Positions 18,957 to 30,280 of a stretch of DNA of 64,000 nucleotides are shown here, piece after piece (the first letter of the stretch is position 1; each line of letters begins with the position of its first letter). This DNA comes from Terriglobia bacterium. Its GTDB lineage: Bacteria; Acidobacteriota; Terriglobia; JAJPHL01; JAPKYU01. The stretch spans positions 864,001 through 928,000 of the forward strand of contig CBDCVK010000010.1 in the NCBI GenBank assembly GCA_965223005.1, read 5' to 3'. Under the pieces are notes generated by a model. It had not been told where the DNA came from, searched no databases, and saw only the letters and a list, made by a program, of their open reading frames with translations. A program made the translations under genes and the position numbers.

Positions 18957-19427
18957 ATGCCGGACCAGGTGGTACTTGTGCGAATTCGGGGAATTGTGGA
19001 GCGAGTGGCTACCTCCGAGAGGATGGAGGTGGTAGACGTTGAGCTACGCGGCAAAGGGCCACGGAGTCTGTTGCGTATCTTCATTGACAAGCCCGGGGGC
19101 GTCACCCATCGCGACTGTGAACTGATCAGCAAGCAAGTAGGAGCCATCCTGGACGTGGAGGATTTAATCCCCACCAGCTACACCCTGGAAGTCTCCTCGC
19201 CCGGAGTGGAGCGGCGGCTGAATCGTCCGTCCGATTACGCGCGCTTTGCCGGGAGCAAAGTGCGACTCCGGTTGAAGGAGCCCCTGGGGACGCAGCGGCA
19301 GTTGGTGGGGCGGTTGAACGGGCTGGAAAACGGGGTCCTCACCCTTACGCTGGCCCAGGGCGAGTGCGTTTCGGTGGAATACGACAGCGTCGAGCGAGCG
19401 AACTTAGTCTTTGAATGGAAGTCTTGA
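18957..19427 (+). CDS. rimP: Ribosome maturation factor RimP
   Basis: LRIFIDKPGGVTHRDC, YTLEVSSPGVERRL; precedes nusA. Confidence 0.93.
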   Translation: MPDQVVLVRIRGIVERVATSERMEVVDVELRGKGPRSLLRIFIDKPGGVTHRDCELISKQVGAILDVEDLIPTSYTLEVSSPGVERRLNRPSDYARFAGSKVRLRLKEPLGTQRQLVGRLNGLENGVLTLTLAQGECVSVEYDSVERANLVFEWKS

Positions 19428-19454
19428 TTCGGCGCACGACAACGGGAATGCCTT

Positions 19455-21029
19455 ATGGCATCGCTACTGTACCAGACCATTGACCAGCTCAGCCGGGAGA
19501 AGGGGATTGATCCGAAGATCATCGTCGACGCCATCGAGGACGCCATGGCAGTGGCGACTCGCAAGTATTACAAGTCCGGCGAGGACCTGAAGGCTGAGTT
19601 CAACAAGGAAACTGGAGAGGTCGAAGTTTTCGCCATCCGCAAGGCTGTCGAGACGGTGACCACTCCACTGAAGGAAATCTCCCTGGAGGAGGGCCGGTCC
19701 ATAGACCCCAATGTGGAACTGGACGGCGAGGTGCGGATCAAGAAGCCCACCGACGTGCTGGGTCGGATCGCCGCCCAGACGGCCAAGCAGGTCATTTGCC
19801 AGAAAGTGCGAGAGGCGGAACGTGACACCGTCTACAACGAGTACAGCGGGCGCGTGGGTGAGCTGGTCAACTGCAGCGTCAAGCGGATCGAGGGGCCGGA
19901 CTTGATCGTGGACATTGGTAAGGCCGAAGCCCGGCTGCCGCGCCGCGAGCAGTCGCGCCTGGAGCAGTTCTCGCCCAGCGATCGCTTGCGAGCGATCATC
20001 GTCAAGGTGGAGAAATCCTTGAAGGGCCCGCAGGTGATCGTTTCCCGCGGCGCACCCGAACTCGTGACCCGACTGTTCGCGCAGGAAGTGCCGGAAATTT
20101 ACGACAACACGGTGGTGATCAAAGCCTGCGCGCGGGAGGCTGGGGAGCGCACGAAGATCGCGGTGATCAGCCACGACCGCAACGTGGACCCCACCGGCGC
20201 CTGCGTGGGGATGAAAGGGATGCGGGTGGAGTCGGTCCGCCGCGAGTTACGGGGGGAGAAGATTGACATCGTGGAGCATTCCGAGGACCAGGTGGTCTTC
20301 GCCACCAAAGCCTTGCAGCCTGCCAAAGTCAGCCGAGTGACGGTCCTGGACCCGGTCGCGAAGCATCTGGAAGTGATCGTGGACGACACGCAGCTCTCGT
20401 TGGCCATCGGCAGGAAAGGCCAGAACGTGCGTCTCGCGGCCAAGCTGATGGGCTGTAGGATTGACATCAAGAGCGAGGAGGAGAAGCGCCAGGAAGTGGA
20501 GTGGCAGATGGGACAATTGGTCGGCGGCACGCCGCTGGCCCAGCTCGTTGCGCTCAGTGAGCGCCTCCGCGAAAAGCTCATCCAGCACGAGATCCCGACC
20601 ATCGAGCGGCTCGGTTCTATGACGCCCGAGCAGTTGCAGGAGATTCCCGGCATCGGTCCGAAAATGGTAGAAAAAATCCGTGCTGCCGTGCAGAATTACT
20701 GGGAAGGAACCGAGGAGGCGACAGAAGTCGCGGAAAGCGTCGAGTTGGCGGAAGCCAACGGGGACACCGAGCCGGCCGAAGCGACTGCGGAAGAACTTGT
20801 CGAAACGCAGGCCGAACCCGCCCAGCCTGATTCTGAGGCGCGGGCAATGCCGGACCTAACCGCTGAGGAGCACGCGGTCCCTGCCCAGGGCGGAGAGGCG
20901 GCGCAAGAGTCGCCTGAGCGTGTAGCTCAGGAGGACGACCACCCGGCAGCTGAATCACTCGAACAACCCGGGCTGGAAGGTTCCGGCACGAGCAACAGCG
21001 ACGATGAGGCGGGATCGCCCGAAAAGTGA
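19455..21029 (+). CDS. nusA: Transcription termination/antitermination factor NusA with acidic C-terminal tail
   Basis: GRIAAQTAKQVI, AREAGERTKIAV, GACVGMKG, LSLAIGRKGQNVRLAAKL. Confidence 0.96.
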   Translation: MASLLYQTIDQLSREKGIDPKIIVDAIEDAMAVATRKYYKSGEDLKAEFNKETGEVEVFAIRKAVETVTTPLKEISLEEGRSIDPNVELDGEVRIKKPTDVLGRIAAQTAKQVICQKVREAERDTVYNEYSGRVGELVNCSVKRIEGPDLIVDIGKAEARLPRREQSRLEQFSPSDRLRAIIVKVEKSLKGPQVIVSRGAPELVTRLFAQEVPEIYDNTVVIKACAREAGERTKIAVISHDRNVDPTGACVGMKGMRVESVRRELRGEKIDIVEHSEDQVVFATKALQPAKVSRVTVLDPVAKHLEVIVDDTQLSLAIGRKGQNVRLAAKLMGCRIDIKSEEEKRQEVEWQMGQLVGGTPLAQLVALSERLREKLIQHEIPTIERLGSMTPEQLQEIPGIGPKMVEKIRAAVQNYWEGTEEATEVAESVELAEANGDTEPAEATAEELVETQAEPAQPDSEARAMPDLTAEEHAVPAQGGEAAQESPERVAQEDDHPAAESLEQPGLEGSGTSNSDDEAGSPEK

Positions 21030-21106
21030 AGTCAGAAGGGAGCGGATGAAGAAAGGCATCGCGGTGGCGCAGAGACGGATCGCGGCAAATTAGGTAATGG
21101 GCTCGC

Positions 21107-23968
21107 ATGCGAATTAACGAATTAGCCCGAAAACTAGAGGTGAAGGCGAAGGCGATCCTCGACTTCCTACCCACCCTCGGGATCACCGACAAACAGTCCC
21201 ACTCCAGTTCTATCAGCGAAGAGATTGCGGAGAAGGTGCGCCAGCACTTTGCTGGCACACCCGCTGCAGCGTCCGGCGGGGAGAAGGAAGTAGTGACCGG
21301 CGAAACGGCGGTATCTGCTCCCGCGCCGCCTGCCGCATTGCCTTCCAAACCGGCTGCGCCCGAAGCCGTTGCAGTGCGCGGCGAGAGTCCTGTTTCCGCG
21401 CCGCCTCCGGAATCGCGGCCCGCTCCAACAGCAGCGGGGCACATTTCTGGACCGGTGGCGAGCCCATCTGTCCGCGGCGAACCTCGGCCTCAGTTGGGAA
21501 CCCCGCTGGTGCCCAGACAGTTTTCGGCGGGAGGAGCGCGCACCGTTTTGCGCCCTCCGATTCGCCGGACGGCGGCCCAGCCACCCCCACCCGCGGGAGC
21601 GCCGGAAATAGGTACTGCCGCTTCCCCTCCACCATCGACGGAGGCACCTCCCGTGGTAGAGGTCATGCCAGCCGCCCCGAGTTCGCCTCTCGCTGCTCCG
21701 GCCGAAGCCGGGCCTCAGGCTCAAACGCCTGCCCCACACGTCCCGCGGTTGGGGGTGCAGGGTCCGATGGGCACGCCGCGTCCCGGCGTGCCGGGCCCGG
21801 TGAGTCGCCCCGGTGGTCTGCCGCCCCCAGCCGTGGTGTCACCCCCGGTGCGTCCTGTGTCGCCCCGGGCGCTGGCTCCAGGGCAGCCGATCTATCAACC
21901 GCCTCCAGGAGTTCGGAGGCGGGCTGGGCCGCCGCGCGAGGGTGTGAGCGGGTCGGCCGCTGGTGGGGTGGGGCGTCCAGGCGGGATGCCTCGGACCGTG
22001 CCGGGGCTCCCGGTGCCTCCGGGTCGCTATGAGCGGCGTCCGATGCACCCGACGCGAACGCGTCCCGGCGGTCCGGGCGCTGCGCCCGCTATTGGCCAAC
22101 GGCCGCGTCCCACCCGGTCTCCCATTCCTGTCCGGGATCGAGAAGGGCGGCAACGCGGCGGCCCGCCGCGCCAGGCGCCGGCGATGTTCAAGCCGCTGCC
22201 CATCAGCCGCGAAATCGCCATCGTCGAAGGCATCACGGTCAAAGACCTAACGGAGAAACTGGAGATCAAGGCTAAGGACTTGATGCAACGGCTGATCAGC
22301 CGCGGAATTTTCGCGACCATTAACCAGACGCTGGACGCGCAGGTGGCCACTGAGGTGGCCCGGGATTTCGGAGCCGAGGCTCGCGTCATCAGCTTCGAGG
22401 AAGAGACCCTGGAGGCAGTCAAGCCGGAAAGCGAGGCAGAAGCCGGCGAGCAGGTGCCGCGCCCGCCGGTGGTTACCATCATGGGCCACGTGGACCATGG
22501 GAAGACCTCGCTGTTGGACGGGATCCGGCAGACCCGCGTCAGCGAGCAGGAGGCTGGCGGTATTACCCAGCACATCGGTGCCTATCAGGTGGAAATCAAC
22601 AACCGCCGGATCACCTTCATTGACACTCCTGGTCACGAGGCATTCACGCGCATGCGAGCGCGTGGTTCGAAGGTCACCGACATCGTCGTGCTGGTGGTGG
22701 CGGCCGATGACGGGGTGATGCCCCAGACATTGGAAGCGGTGGACCACGCCCGCGCGGCCGGCGTGCCCATAGTGGTGGCCATCAACAAGGTGGACAAGCC
22801 CGAGGCCAACACTGAGCGGGTGAAGCGACAGTTGTCGGACCGCGATTTGACGCCCGAGGAATGGGGCGGCAAGACAGTGACCGTGGAGGTCTCTGCCAAG
22901 CAGAACAAGAACCTGGACCTGCTACTGGAGATGATCCTGCTGGTGGCCGACGTGCAGGAACTGAAGGCGAGTCCCAGCCGTCCGGGGATGGCTACGGTTC
23001 TGGAAGCCGAGCTGGACCGCGGCCGCGGCCCGGTGGCCACAGTGCTGGTGCAAAATGGTACCCTGCGCGCGGGCGACCCCTTCATCGTCGGTTCCGTGTT
23101 CGGCAGGGTGCGGGCCCTAGTGGACGATCGGGGTCGTGCGCTGGAGGAAGCGCTGCCTGCCACTCCGGTGGAAGTGCTGGGGCTCAGCAGCGTGCCGCAG
23201 GTGGGAGAGCAGCTCCAGGTGGTCCCTGATCTGCTCAAGGCCAAGCAGACAGCCCTTTACCGCGAGCAGAAAGCGCGCGAGGCCGCCCTGGCCAGATACT
23301 CTCGCCTGACCCTGAGCCAGCTCCACGAGCAGATGAAGGCCGGCGTGGTCAAGGAGTTGAACCTGATCCTGAAGGGCGACGTGGGGGGCTCGGCCGAAGT
23401 GCTGGCCGAGACGCTGACCAAGCTGGCCACCGAGAAAGTCAAGGTGAAGATCATCCACTCCGGGGTCGGCGCCATCACCGAGTCCGACGTGCTGCTGGCT
23501 TCCGCCTCCAACGCCGTCATCATCGGCTTCAGTGTGCGCCCGGAACGGAAGGCGCAGGAAACGGCCGAGCAGGAAAAAGTGGATATCCGCCTGCACACCG
23601 TCATCTACGAAGTAGTGGATGAAATTAAGAAGGCGATGACTGGGCTGCTGGAGCCCACCACTCGGGAAGTGGCGCTGGGACGGGCCGAAGTCCGGGAGAC
23701 CTTCCGCGTCACGGGGGTCGGCACGATCGCCGGCTGCTACGTGCAGAACGGCCGGTTCACGCGCGGCGCCGAAGTGCGCCTGCTGCGGGATAACGTGGTG
23801 GTCTACACCGGCAAGGTCGCTTCGCTGCGCCGCTTCAAGGATGATGCCAGCGAAGTGAAGTCCGGCTTCGAGTGCGGCGTCGCCCTGGAAAACTACTCCG
23901 ACATCAAACAGGGTGACGTTGTGGAAGCCTTCGTCATCGAAAAGATCGCCGCCGAAGCGCTGGCCTGA
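21107..23968 (+). CDS. infB: Translation initiation factor IF-2
   Basis: [50 protein letters not shown]; Pro-rich linker. Confidence 0.97.
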   Translation: MRINELARKLEVKAKAILDFLPTLGITDKQSHSSSISEEIAEKVRQHFAGTPAAASGGEKEVVTGETAVSAPAPPAALPSKPAAPEAVAVRGESPVSAPPPESRPAPTAAGHISGPVASPSVRGEPRPQLGTPLVPRQFSAGGARTVLRPPIRRTAAQPPPPAGAPEIGTAASPPPSTEAPPVVEVMPAAPSSPLAAPAEAGPQAQTPAPHVPRLGVQGPMGTPRPGVPGPVSRPGGLPPPAVVSPPVRPVSPRALAPGQPIYQPPPGVRRRAGPPREGVSGSAAGGVGRPGGMPRTVPGLPVPPGRYERRPMHPTRTRPGGPGAAPAIGQRPRPTRSPIPVRDREGRQRGGPPRQAPAMFKPLPISREIAIVEGITVKDLTEKLEIKAKDLMQRLISRGIFATINQTLDAQVATEVARDFGAEARVISFEEETLEAVKPESEAEAGEQVPRPPVVTIMGHVDHGKTSLLDGIRQTRVSEQEAGGITQHIGAYQVEINNRRITFIDTPGHEAFTRMRARGSKVTDIVVLVVAADDGVMPQTLEAVDHARAAGVPIVVAINKVDKPEANTERVKRQLSDRDLTPEEWGGKTVTVEVSAKQNKNLDLLLEMILLVADVQELKASPSRPGMATVLEAELDRGRGPVATVLVQNGTLRAGDPFIVGSVFGRVRALVDDRGRALEEALPATPVEVLGLSSVPQVGEQLQVVPDLLKAKQTALYREQKAREAALARYSRLTLSQLHEQMKAGVVKELNLILKGDVGGSAEVLAETLTKLATEKVKVKIIHSGVGAITESDVLLASASNAVIIGFSVRPERKAQETAEQEKVDIRLHTVIYEVVDEIKKAMTGLLEPTTREVALGRAEVRETFRVTGVGTIAGCYVQNGRFTRGAEVRLLRDNVVVYTGKVASLRRFKDDASEVKSGFECGVALENYSDIKQGDVVEAFVIEKIAAEALA

Positions 23969-23972
23969 TGCC

Positions 23973-24254
23973 GTGCCCGTTGGGCTGCTCACCCTGGAAA
24001 TCCACTTGCCTTATGCGCATTCGCTGAAAGAGAAGCGAATGGTTGTCCAGCGGCTCAGGGACCGGCTGCGCCGCAAGTTCAACGTGGCCGTGGCGGAACT
24101 GGATCACCAGGACCTCTGGCAACGTGCGGTGCTGGGGGTGGCCTCCATTTCCAGCAGCGAAGCCAATCTCCGCCAGGTGCTGCGCGGGGCCCAGGCGGAA
24201 AGTGAACACCTGCTGGGGGGCGACCTGGTGGACGCCGCCATCGAAATCCTGTAA
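23973..24254 (+). CDS. DUF503 (YlxP) protein
   Basis: GTG start; [27 protein letters not shown]; conserved position between infB and rbfA. Confidence 0.9.
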   Translation: MPVGLLTLEIHLPYAHSLKEKRMVVQRLRDRLRRKFNVAVAELDHQDLWQRAVLGVASISSSEANLRQVLRGAQAESEHLLGGDLVDAAIEIL

Positions 24255-24319
24255 CCCTCGATTGACCGGCTCATTGGCCATTGACCCCCTCGGCAATGGT
24301 TCAATGACTCAACCATCCC

Positions 24320-24730
24320 ATGCTGATGAAGCCATCCCACCGAGCCGAGCGGTTGGCGGACGAGTTGCGCATGGAGTTGGGCCAGCTTATCAGCCGCATG
24401 CGGGACCCACGCGTTGGCTTCGCCACCGTCACCGCGGTGCGTCTGGCGCCCGACCTCCGGCACGCCCGCGTCCAGGTCAGCGTGCTCGGCAGCGAAGAGG
24501 CCCAGCAGCAAAGCCTTCACTGCCTGCAGGCGGCCCGTCGTTACCTCCGCCACGAGCTGGCCCACCATCTGGCGCTCCGTTTCACCCCGGACCTGACGTT
24601 CGAACTGGACCGCGGCTTCGCCCACACTTCCCGCGTGGAAGAGCTGCTCCGCCGAGCCAGGAAGAAAACGGCCCGCCCGCCCAAGCCGCCTCAGGAGCCA
24701 CCCTCCGAACAAGAGCCGCCAGGCAGCTAG
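24320..24730 (+). CDS. rbfA: 30S ribosome-binding factor RbfA
   Basis: [44 protein letters not shown]. Confidence 0.93.
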   Translation: MLMKPSHRAERLADELRMELGQLISRMRDPRVGFATVTAVRLAPDLRHARVQVSVLGSEEAQQQSLHCLQAARRYLRHELAHHLALRFTPDLTFELDRGFAHTSRVEELLRRARKKTARPPKPPQEPPSEQEPPGS

Positions 24731-24822
24731 TCACGCCGGAGCAGAAGCCAAACGGACAGCCAAAGCTCGATGAGAAAAGCCGACGCAAAGCGGTCGTGCT
24801 ACCATCGTCGAGAGGAACCGCA

Positions 24823-26502
24823 ATGACCACCGGGACCCTGAAGCCCCCACCCACGGTTCGCGCGCCTCGTGGGACCCAGCTCTCCTGCCGCGGCTGGCAC
24901 CAAGAAGCCGCGCTGCGCATGCTGATGAACAGCCTGGACCCGGAGGTGGCCGAGAAGCCGGAGGAACTGATTGTCTACGGCGGCTCGGGTCGGGCGGCGC
25001 GGAACTGGGCCTGTTTCGAAGCCATCGTGCGCGAGCTGCAACAGCTCGGCAACGACGAAACCCTGCTGGTGCAGTCCGGCAAACCGGTGGGCGTGTTCCG
25101 CACGCACGAGTTTGCTCCCCGCGTTCTCATCGCCAACGCCAATCTGGTCGGGCACTGGTCCAACTGGGAGCATTTCCACGAGCTGGAACGCGCCGGGCTG
25201 ATCATGTACGGCCAGATGAGCGCCGGAAGCTGGATCCACGTCGGCGCGCAGGGAATCCTGCAAGGCACCTACGAGACACTTGCGGCGGCTGCCAACAAGC
25301 ATTTCAGTGGTGACCTGGCCGGAAAGCTGGTGGTGAGCGGGGGCATGGGCGGCATGGGCGGCGCCCAGCCGCTGGCCGCCACCTTGAATGGCGCTACCTT
25401 CCTGGGCGTGGAGGTGGACCCGGAGCGGGTGAAGCGCCGCCTGCGCGTCGGCTACTGCGACATCATGGTCCACGACCTGGACGAGGCGGTCCGGATCCTA
25501 AAGAGGGCGGTGCGCAAAAAGGAGGCCACTTCGGTGGTGCTGGTGGGCAATTGCGCCGAGGTCATCCCGGAACTGGCCCGCCGCGGCATCGTTCCCGACC
25601 TGCTCACCGACCAGACCAGCGCCCACGATCCCCTCAACGGCTACATCCCGGCCGGCTGCTCGCTCGGGCAGGCCGCCGACCTGCGCCAGCGCGATCCCGC
25701 CGGGTACCGGAAGCGCAGCATGGACTCGATCGCGCGCCATGTCGAGGGCATCCTTGCCTTGCAGAAGCTCGGCGCTGTGGCCTTCGACTACGGCAATAAC
25801 ATCCGCACCCTGGCCAACAAGGCGGGCGTCACGGAGGCCTATGGCTTTCCCGGATTTGTGCAGGCCTACATCCGGCCACTCTTCTGTGAAGGACGAGGAC
25901 CGTTTCGCTGGGTGGCGCTGTCGGGCGAAGCAGCTGACATCGCCGTCACCGACGACCTGGTGTGCCAGCTATTCCCGGAGGACCGCGTCCTCGGGCGATG
26001 GATCGAGCTAGCCCGCCGCCGGGTCCGCTTCCAGGGCCTGCCAGCGCGCATCTGCTGGCTGGGATATGGCCAGCGCGCCACCTTTGGGCTGGCCGTCAAC
26101 GATCTGGTCCGGACGGGAAAGTTGAAGGCGCCGGTGGTGATCGGGCGCGACCATCTGGACTGTGGCTCGGTGGCTTCCCCCTACTGCGAAACCGAAGGCA
26201 TGAAAGATGGCAGCGACGCGGTGGCCGACTGGCCTGTGCTGAGTGCCCTGCTGAACACCGCCTCCGGGGCCAGCTGGGTTTCCCTGCAAAATGGAGGAGG
26301 GGTGGGCATCGGATACTCGCTTCACGCTGGGCAAGTTGCGGTGGCGGAGGGCACCGCGGAAGGCGCCCAACGCTTGGAGCGCGTCCTCGCCAACGACCCC
26401 GGCCTCGGCATCGCCCGGCACGGCGACGCCGGCTACGAGAAGGCACGAGACTTTGCGCAAAAGGCGGGGTTGCGCATCCCTTTCAGCTCTTCTTCGAAGT
26501 GA
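24823..26502 (+). CDS. hutU: Urocanate hydratase (divergent at several conserved motifs)
   Basis: RBS GAGGA before ATG 24823; [57 protein letters not shown]. Confidence 0.88.
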   Translation: MTTGTLKPPPTVRAPRGTQLSCRGWHQEAALRMLMNSLDPEVAEKPEELIVYGGSGRAARNWACFEAIVRELQQLGNDETLLVQSGKPVGVFRTHEFAPRVLIANANLVGHWSNWEHFHELERAGLIMYGQMSAGSWIHVGAQGILQGTYETLAAAANKHFSGDLAGKLVVSGGMGGMGGAQPLAATLNGATFLGVEVDPERVKRRLRVGYCDIMVHDLDEAVRILKRAVRKKEATSVVLVGNCAEVIPELARRGIVPDLLTDQTSAHDPLNGYIPAGCSLGQAADLRQRDPAGYRKRSMDSIARHVEGILALQKLGAVAFDYGNNIRTLANKAGVTEAYGFPGFVQAYIRPLFCEGRGPFRWVALSGEAADIAVTDDLVCQLFPEDRVLGRWIELARRRVRFQGLPARICWLGYGQRATFGLAVNDLVRTGKLKAPVVIGRDHLDCGSVASPYCETEGMKDGSDAVADWPVLSALLNTASGASWVSLQNGGGVGIGYSLHAGQVAVAEGTAEGAQRLERVLANDPGLGIARHGDAGYEKARDFAQKAGLRIPFSSSSK

Positions 26503-26567
26503 CCGCCGGAGTAGCCACAAAGAAACTGGAGAGCTGTTGCGCGACTCTTGCGCTGCCGGTCGTACCC

Positions 26568-27485
26568 ATGCGAACGCTCGTGGAATGCGTGCCTAATTTC
26601 AGCGAGGGGCGTGAGGTGGCCAAGGTGCAGGCCATCGCGGAGGCAATCCGCAGCGTGGACGGCGTCTACGTCTTGCGATGCGAAATGGATGCAGACCACA
26701 ACCGCTCGGTGATCACCTTTGTGGGCAGCCCGGAGAGCGTGGGGGAAGCTGCGGTGCGAGGCGTGGCCCGGGCCGTCGAGGTGATTGACCTAAACCAGCA
26801 CCGCGGCGCACACCCGCGCCTGGGTGCGGCCGATGTGGTGCCCTTCGTGCCGGTCGAGAGCGTCACGCTCGCGGACTGCGTGGCGCTGGCCCACCGGGTG
26901 GGCCAACAAATCTGGGAGCAACTCGGCGTCCCCGTGTACCTCTACGAGGCGGCAGCCACGCGCCCTGAGCGCCGCAACCTGGAGAACATCCGGCGCGGGG
27001 AGTTCGAATGTCTTCGCCAGGAGATCGCCGCCAGCGAAGAACGCCGTCCGGATTTCGGCGAGCCGCGCATGCATCCCACCGCCGGCGCCACCGTCGTCGG
27101 CGCGCGAAAGTTCCTGATCGCCTACAACATTGTCTTGAACACTGCCGATGTCCAGGTGGCTAAGAAAGTGGCCCGGGCAGTTCGCGCCTCCAGCGGCGGC
27201 CTGCCCTCCGTAAAGGCCATGGGAGTGGAACTCAAGTCGCGCACTCTCGCACAGGTTTCCATGAATCTCACCGATTTTGAGCAAACGCCCATTCACCGCG
27301 TCTTCCAGGCCGTGGAGAGCGAGGCAGCACGTTGCGGCGCGGCGGTGGTCGACAGCGAGATTGTCGGCCTCATCCCCAAGAAGGCCCTGCAGCCGGCCGC
27401 TGCGGCGTCCCTGAAAATTGCCAATTTCGACCCTCAGCTCATTCTGGAAAATCGATTGGCCGCTGTGCTGGAAGGCGAAACCTAG
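26568..27485 (+). CDS. ftcD: Glutamate formimidoyltransferase (no cyclodeaminase domain)
   Basis: MRTLVECVPNFSEGR, DADHNRSVITF, HRGAHPRLGAADVVPF, HPTAGA, QVSMNL. Confidence 0.92.
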   Translation: MRTLVECVPNFSEGREVAKVQAIAEAIRSVDGVYVLRCEMDADHNRSVITFVGSPESVGEAAVRGVARAVEVIDLNQHRGAHPRLGAADVVPFVPVESVTLADCVALAHRVGQQIWEQLGVPVYLYEAAATRPERRNLENIRRGEFECLRQEIAASEERRPDFGEPRMHPTAGATVVGARKFLIAYNIVLNTADVQVAKKVARAVRASSGGLPSVKAMGVELKSRTLAQVSMNLTDFEQTPIHRVFQAVESEAARCGAAVVDSEIVGLIPKKALQPAAAASLKIANFDPQLILENRLAAVLEGET

Positions 27486-27503
27486 TGTTCACTCTGTGAC
27501 GAC

Positions 27504-28620
27504 TTATGCGGGCTTGCTGCTGGTGCCGGGGCGGCGGGCCAGCAGGTAGGCGCGGACTAACGGCTCCAGGCCCCCGTCCAGGACACGATCCACGTCGCCA
27601 ATCTCCACCCTGGTGCGGAGATCCTTGACCATCCGGTAAGGCGCCAGCACATAGGAGCGGATCTGGCTGCCGAAGTTAATATCCAGCTTGGAATCCTCCA
27701 CTCGCCGCGCTTCCTCGCGCTTCTTCTCCAGTTCCAGTTCATAGAGGCGCGAGCGTAGAATCTTCATGGCCACGTCGCGGTTTTTGTGCTGGGAGCGTTC
27801 ATTCTGGCACTGCACGACGGTGCTCGTGGGCAGGTGGGTGATGCGCACCGCCGAGTAGGTGGTGTTCACTCCCTGGCCACCGGGGCCGGAGGAGCAAAAG
27901 GTGTCAATGCGCAACTCCTCTTCGCGGATGTTCACCTGAATGGTGTCGTCAATTTCCGGCGAGACAAACACCGACGCAAAGGAGGTGTGACGTCGCGCTG
28001 CCTGGTCAAAGGGAGAGATGCGGACCAGGCGATGCACGCCGATCTCGGACTGCAACAGCCCGTAGGCGTAGTCACCTGTGACAGTGAAGGTGGCCGACTT
28101 GATCCCAGCTTCCTCACCGGCCTGCAGGTCGTTCACGGCGGTCTGGAAGCCCTGCCGCTCGGCCCAGCGCAGGTACATGCGGAGCAGCATCTGGGCCCAA
28201 TCCTGCGACTCGGTGCCGCCCGCCCCGGGATGGATGGTGACGATGGCGTTGCGGGCGTCGTGCTCCCCGCCCAGCAGGACACGCGTCTCCAGGCGGTCCA
28301 CTTCCCCCTGCAGCCGCTCAAGTTCCCGATGCAACTCGCCAGAGACATCCTCACCCTCGCGCGCCAGCTCGAAGAACGTGTCCAGGTCGGAGAGGCGGCG
28401 GGCCAGCTCGCGGTCCGTTTCCACTACGTCGGTCAGGCGCTTCCGCACCTGCATGACTTTCTGGGATTGTTCCGGGTTCTGCCAGAACTCAGGGCGGGAA
28501 ATCCGCTGCTCGATTTCGGCTAACTCTTTGCTGCGCGCCGGAGTGTCAAAGAAAGCTCCGCACGTCGCGGATTTTCTCCTTCAGCGTGTCGTAGTTGCGT
28601 TGCAATTCTTCCATCATCAT
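27504..28620 (-). CDS. prfB: Peptide chain release factor 2, expressed by programmed +1 frameshift
   Basis: N-terminal frame MMMEELQRNYDTLKEKIRDVRSFL ends at CTT TGA C (28551-28545); the +1 frame continues into the ORF with SPF (RISPFD) and GGQ motifs. Confidence 0.95.
28545..28561 (-). promoter_or_regulatory. prfB frameshift cassette (internal SD-like GGAG plus CTT TGA C)
   Basis: Minus strand G CGG AGC TTT CTT TGA C. Confidence 0.9.
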
Positions 28621-30149
28621 GAAGCACCTCCAGCTTTCTCAGGCGCACGGCCCTTCCGCAACCGCCCGGCCCTCACCAGCAGGACCAGGGCAGCCGCAGC
28701 CGCCAGCACCGGGAACCAGTGGCCAAAGGCCACGTAGGGCGTCCGGCCCCCCAAATAACCAAACTTACCGGTGAAGGCAGCCCGCTGGTCCAGGGGAAAG
28801 GTCTGCAGCCGGCCGTAGGGATCTACGATCGCCGTAATCCCCGTGTTGGTGGCCCGCAGCAACCAGCGGCCGTTCTCAATTGCCCGCAGCCGCGACATCA
28901 ACAGCAACTGGTGGCGCGCCGCCGAATCCCCGTACCAGCTGTCGTTCGAGAGATTCACCAGCAGTTCGGCGCCGCCGGCGCTGAACTGCCGCACCAAGTC
29001 CGGGAAAATGCCCTCGTAGCAAATCAGCGCGGCCACCGGGTGTCGGTCGCCCAGCGGCACTGGCCGCGTGCCCGGCACAAAGTCCCCCACCTCGGCGGTG
29101 AGCTTGCCCGCAAAGAAGAACAGATTCCTCAGCGGAACGTACTCGCCGAAAGGGACCAGATGAATTTTATCATACCGGCCGAGGAACTCGCCGGCCGGGC
29201 TGATCAGCGCGGCGGAATTCAGCGGTTCTTTCCGTTCGGCGTCGGCAAAAGCAACGACGTTAACCAGATGATGGCTCTGTGTGAGGCGGGCCAGGTGATG
29301 CAGGCGCGCCCGAAGCAACGGGTCATCGTGGTAGTAAAACGAGGCCGGAATTTCTGGCCAGATCACCAGGCCGGAGCGCGATTGGTTGCGCGCGTAGGCC
29401 GCCAGGACGCGGACTTCCAGGTCCGCGAACAGTTTGTAAACCGACGCCACAGTCCATTCTTCGGCCAGCGAGGCCTGGGCCTGGACCAGGTAGGCCGTCT
29501 CCGGCGCCTCTGGCGTGGGCAGCAGGGTGCCTCCTAAAGATGCGCCGGCCAGCACAAAAAAGGCTGCCGCCAGCGCCATGCCTCGCCGCCGGGTTGGCTT
29601 GCGTATCAGCAGAAGGATGCCGGTATTGAAGAGCACCACCACAAACGACAGCAGGTAGACGCCGCCCAGCCGCGCCAGTTGTGCAGGCAACAAGTGTTCG
29701 GCCAGCGCGTAGCCCAGCAGCAACCAGGGGAAACCTGTGAACAGGTGCGCCCGCAGAAGTTCTATGCCCACCCACAGTGCCGGCAGGCCCCACAGGATAT
29801 ACCTCTCCGGCAGAGCCAGCAGCAGACGGGCCAGCGCAGCGAACGCACCGAAGAAGCAGGCCAGCACGGCCACAAACACCAGCAAAACTCCGGCGGCGGC
29901 CGCCTGGCCCAGTCCCCCGTACTCGAGCATCACCAAGCGAACCCAGTAGATCGTGCCACCGAAGAACACGGCGCCGCAGAGGTAGCCCAGGCCAAAAGCC
30001 GTGCGCACACCGGTGGCGCGCTCGAGGACGAGCAGCAGCGGCACCAGCGCAACCCACGCCAGGAACCCCAGATTCCATTTCGGGAACGCTGCCACCAGCA
30101 GCAAGCCGCTGGCAACGCTCAGGAACCAGGGACGCAGACGGATCGGCAC
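28617..30149 (-). CDS. lnt: Apolipoprotein N-acyltransferase
   Basis: TGFPWLLLGY, IWPE, YDKIHLVPFGEYVP, LICYE, NLSNDSWYG, RAIENGR, ATNTG. Confidence 0.95.
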   Translation of the reverse strand: MPIRLRPWFLSVASGLLLVAAFPKWNLGFLAWVALVPLLLVLERATGVRTAFGLGYLCGAVFFGGTIYWVRLVMLEYGGLGQAAAAGVLLVFVAVLACFFGAFAALARLLLALPERYILWGLPALWVGIELLRAHLFTGFPWLLLGYALAEHLLPAQLARLGGVYLLSFVVVLFNTGILLLIRKPTRRRGMALAAAFFVLAGASLGGTLLPTPEAPETAYLVQAQASLAEEWTVASVYKLFADLEVRVLAAYARNQSRSGLVIWPEIPASFYYHDDPLLRARLHHLARLTQSHHLVNVVAFADAERKEPLNSAALISPAGEFLGRYDKIHLVPFGEYVPLRNLFFFAGKLTAEVGDFVPGTRPVPLGDRHPVAALICYEGIFPDLVRQFSAGGAELLVNLSNDSWYGDSAARHQLLLMSRLRAIENGRWLLRATNTGITAIVDPYGRLQTFPLDQRAAFTGKFGYLGGRTPYVAFGHWFPVLAAAAALVLLVRAGRLRKGRAPEKAGGAS

Positions 30150-30280
30150 CGGTGGCCTCCTCAGGATCGGTGGACTAGGCGGATCTTGCGGATTCTGACA
30201 TGCTCGGAAGCAGTCCCGCGAGTTTTGATTTTATCTGGATCAGCAAGGGACAGCTTGCTCAATTCACCACTAGGATCTGG

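Noticed and set aside
21250-22200. Pro/Gly-rich stretch in infB as an insertion element
   Set aside because: Normal variable IF-2 linker; frame intact and no terminal repeats.
24043-24822. Long N-terminal extension of the 819-aa hutU ORF
   Set aside because: It overlaps DUF503 and rbfA in another frame; the real start is ATG 24823 with an RBS.
25962-26567. N-terminal extension of the 507-aa ftcD ORF
   Set aside because: Alternative frame over hutU; the family start MRTLVECVPN is at 26568.
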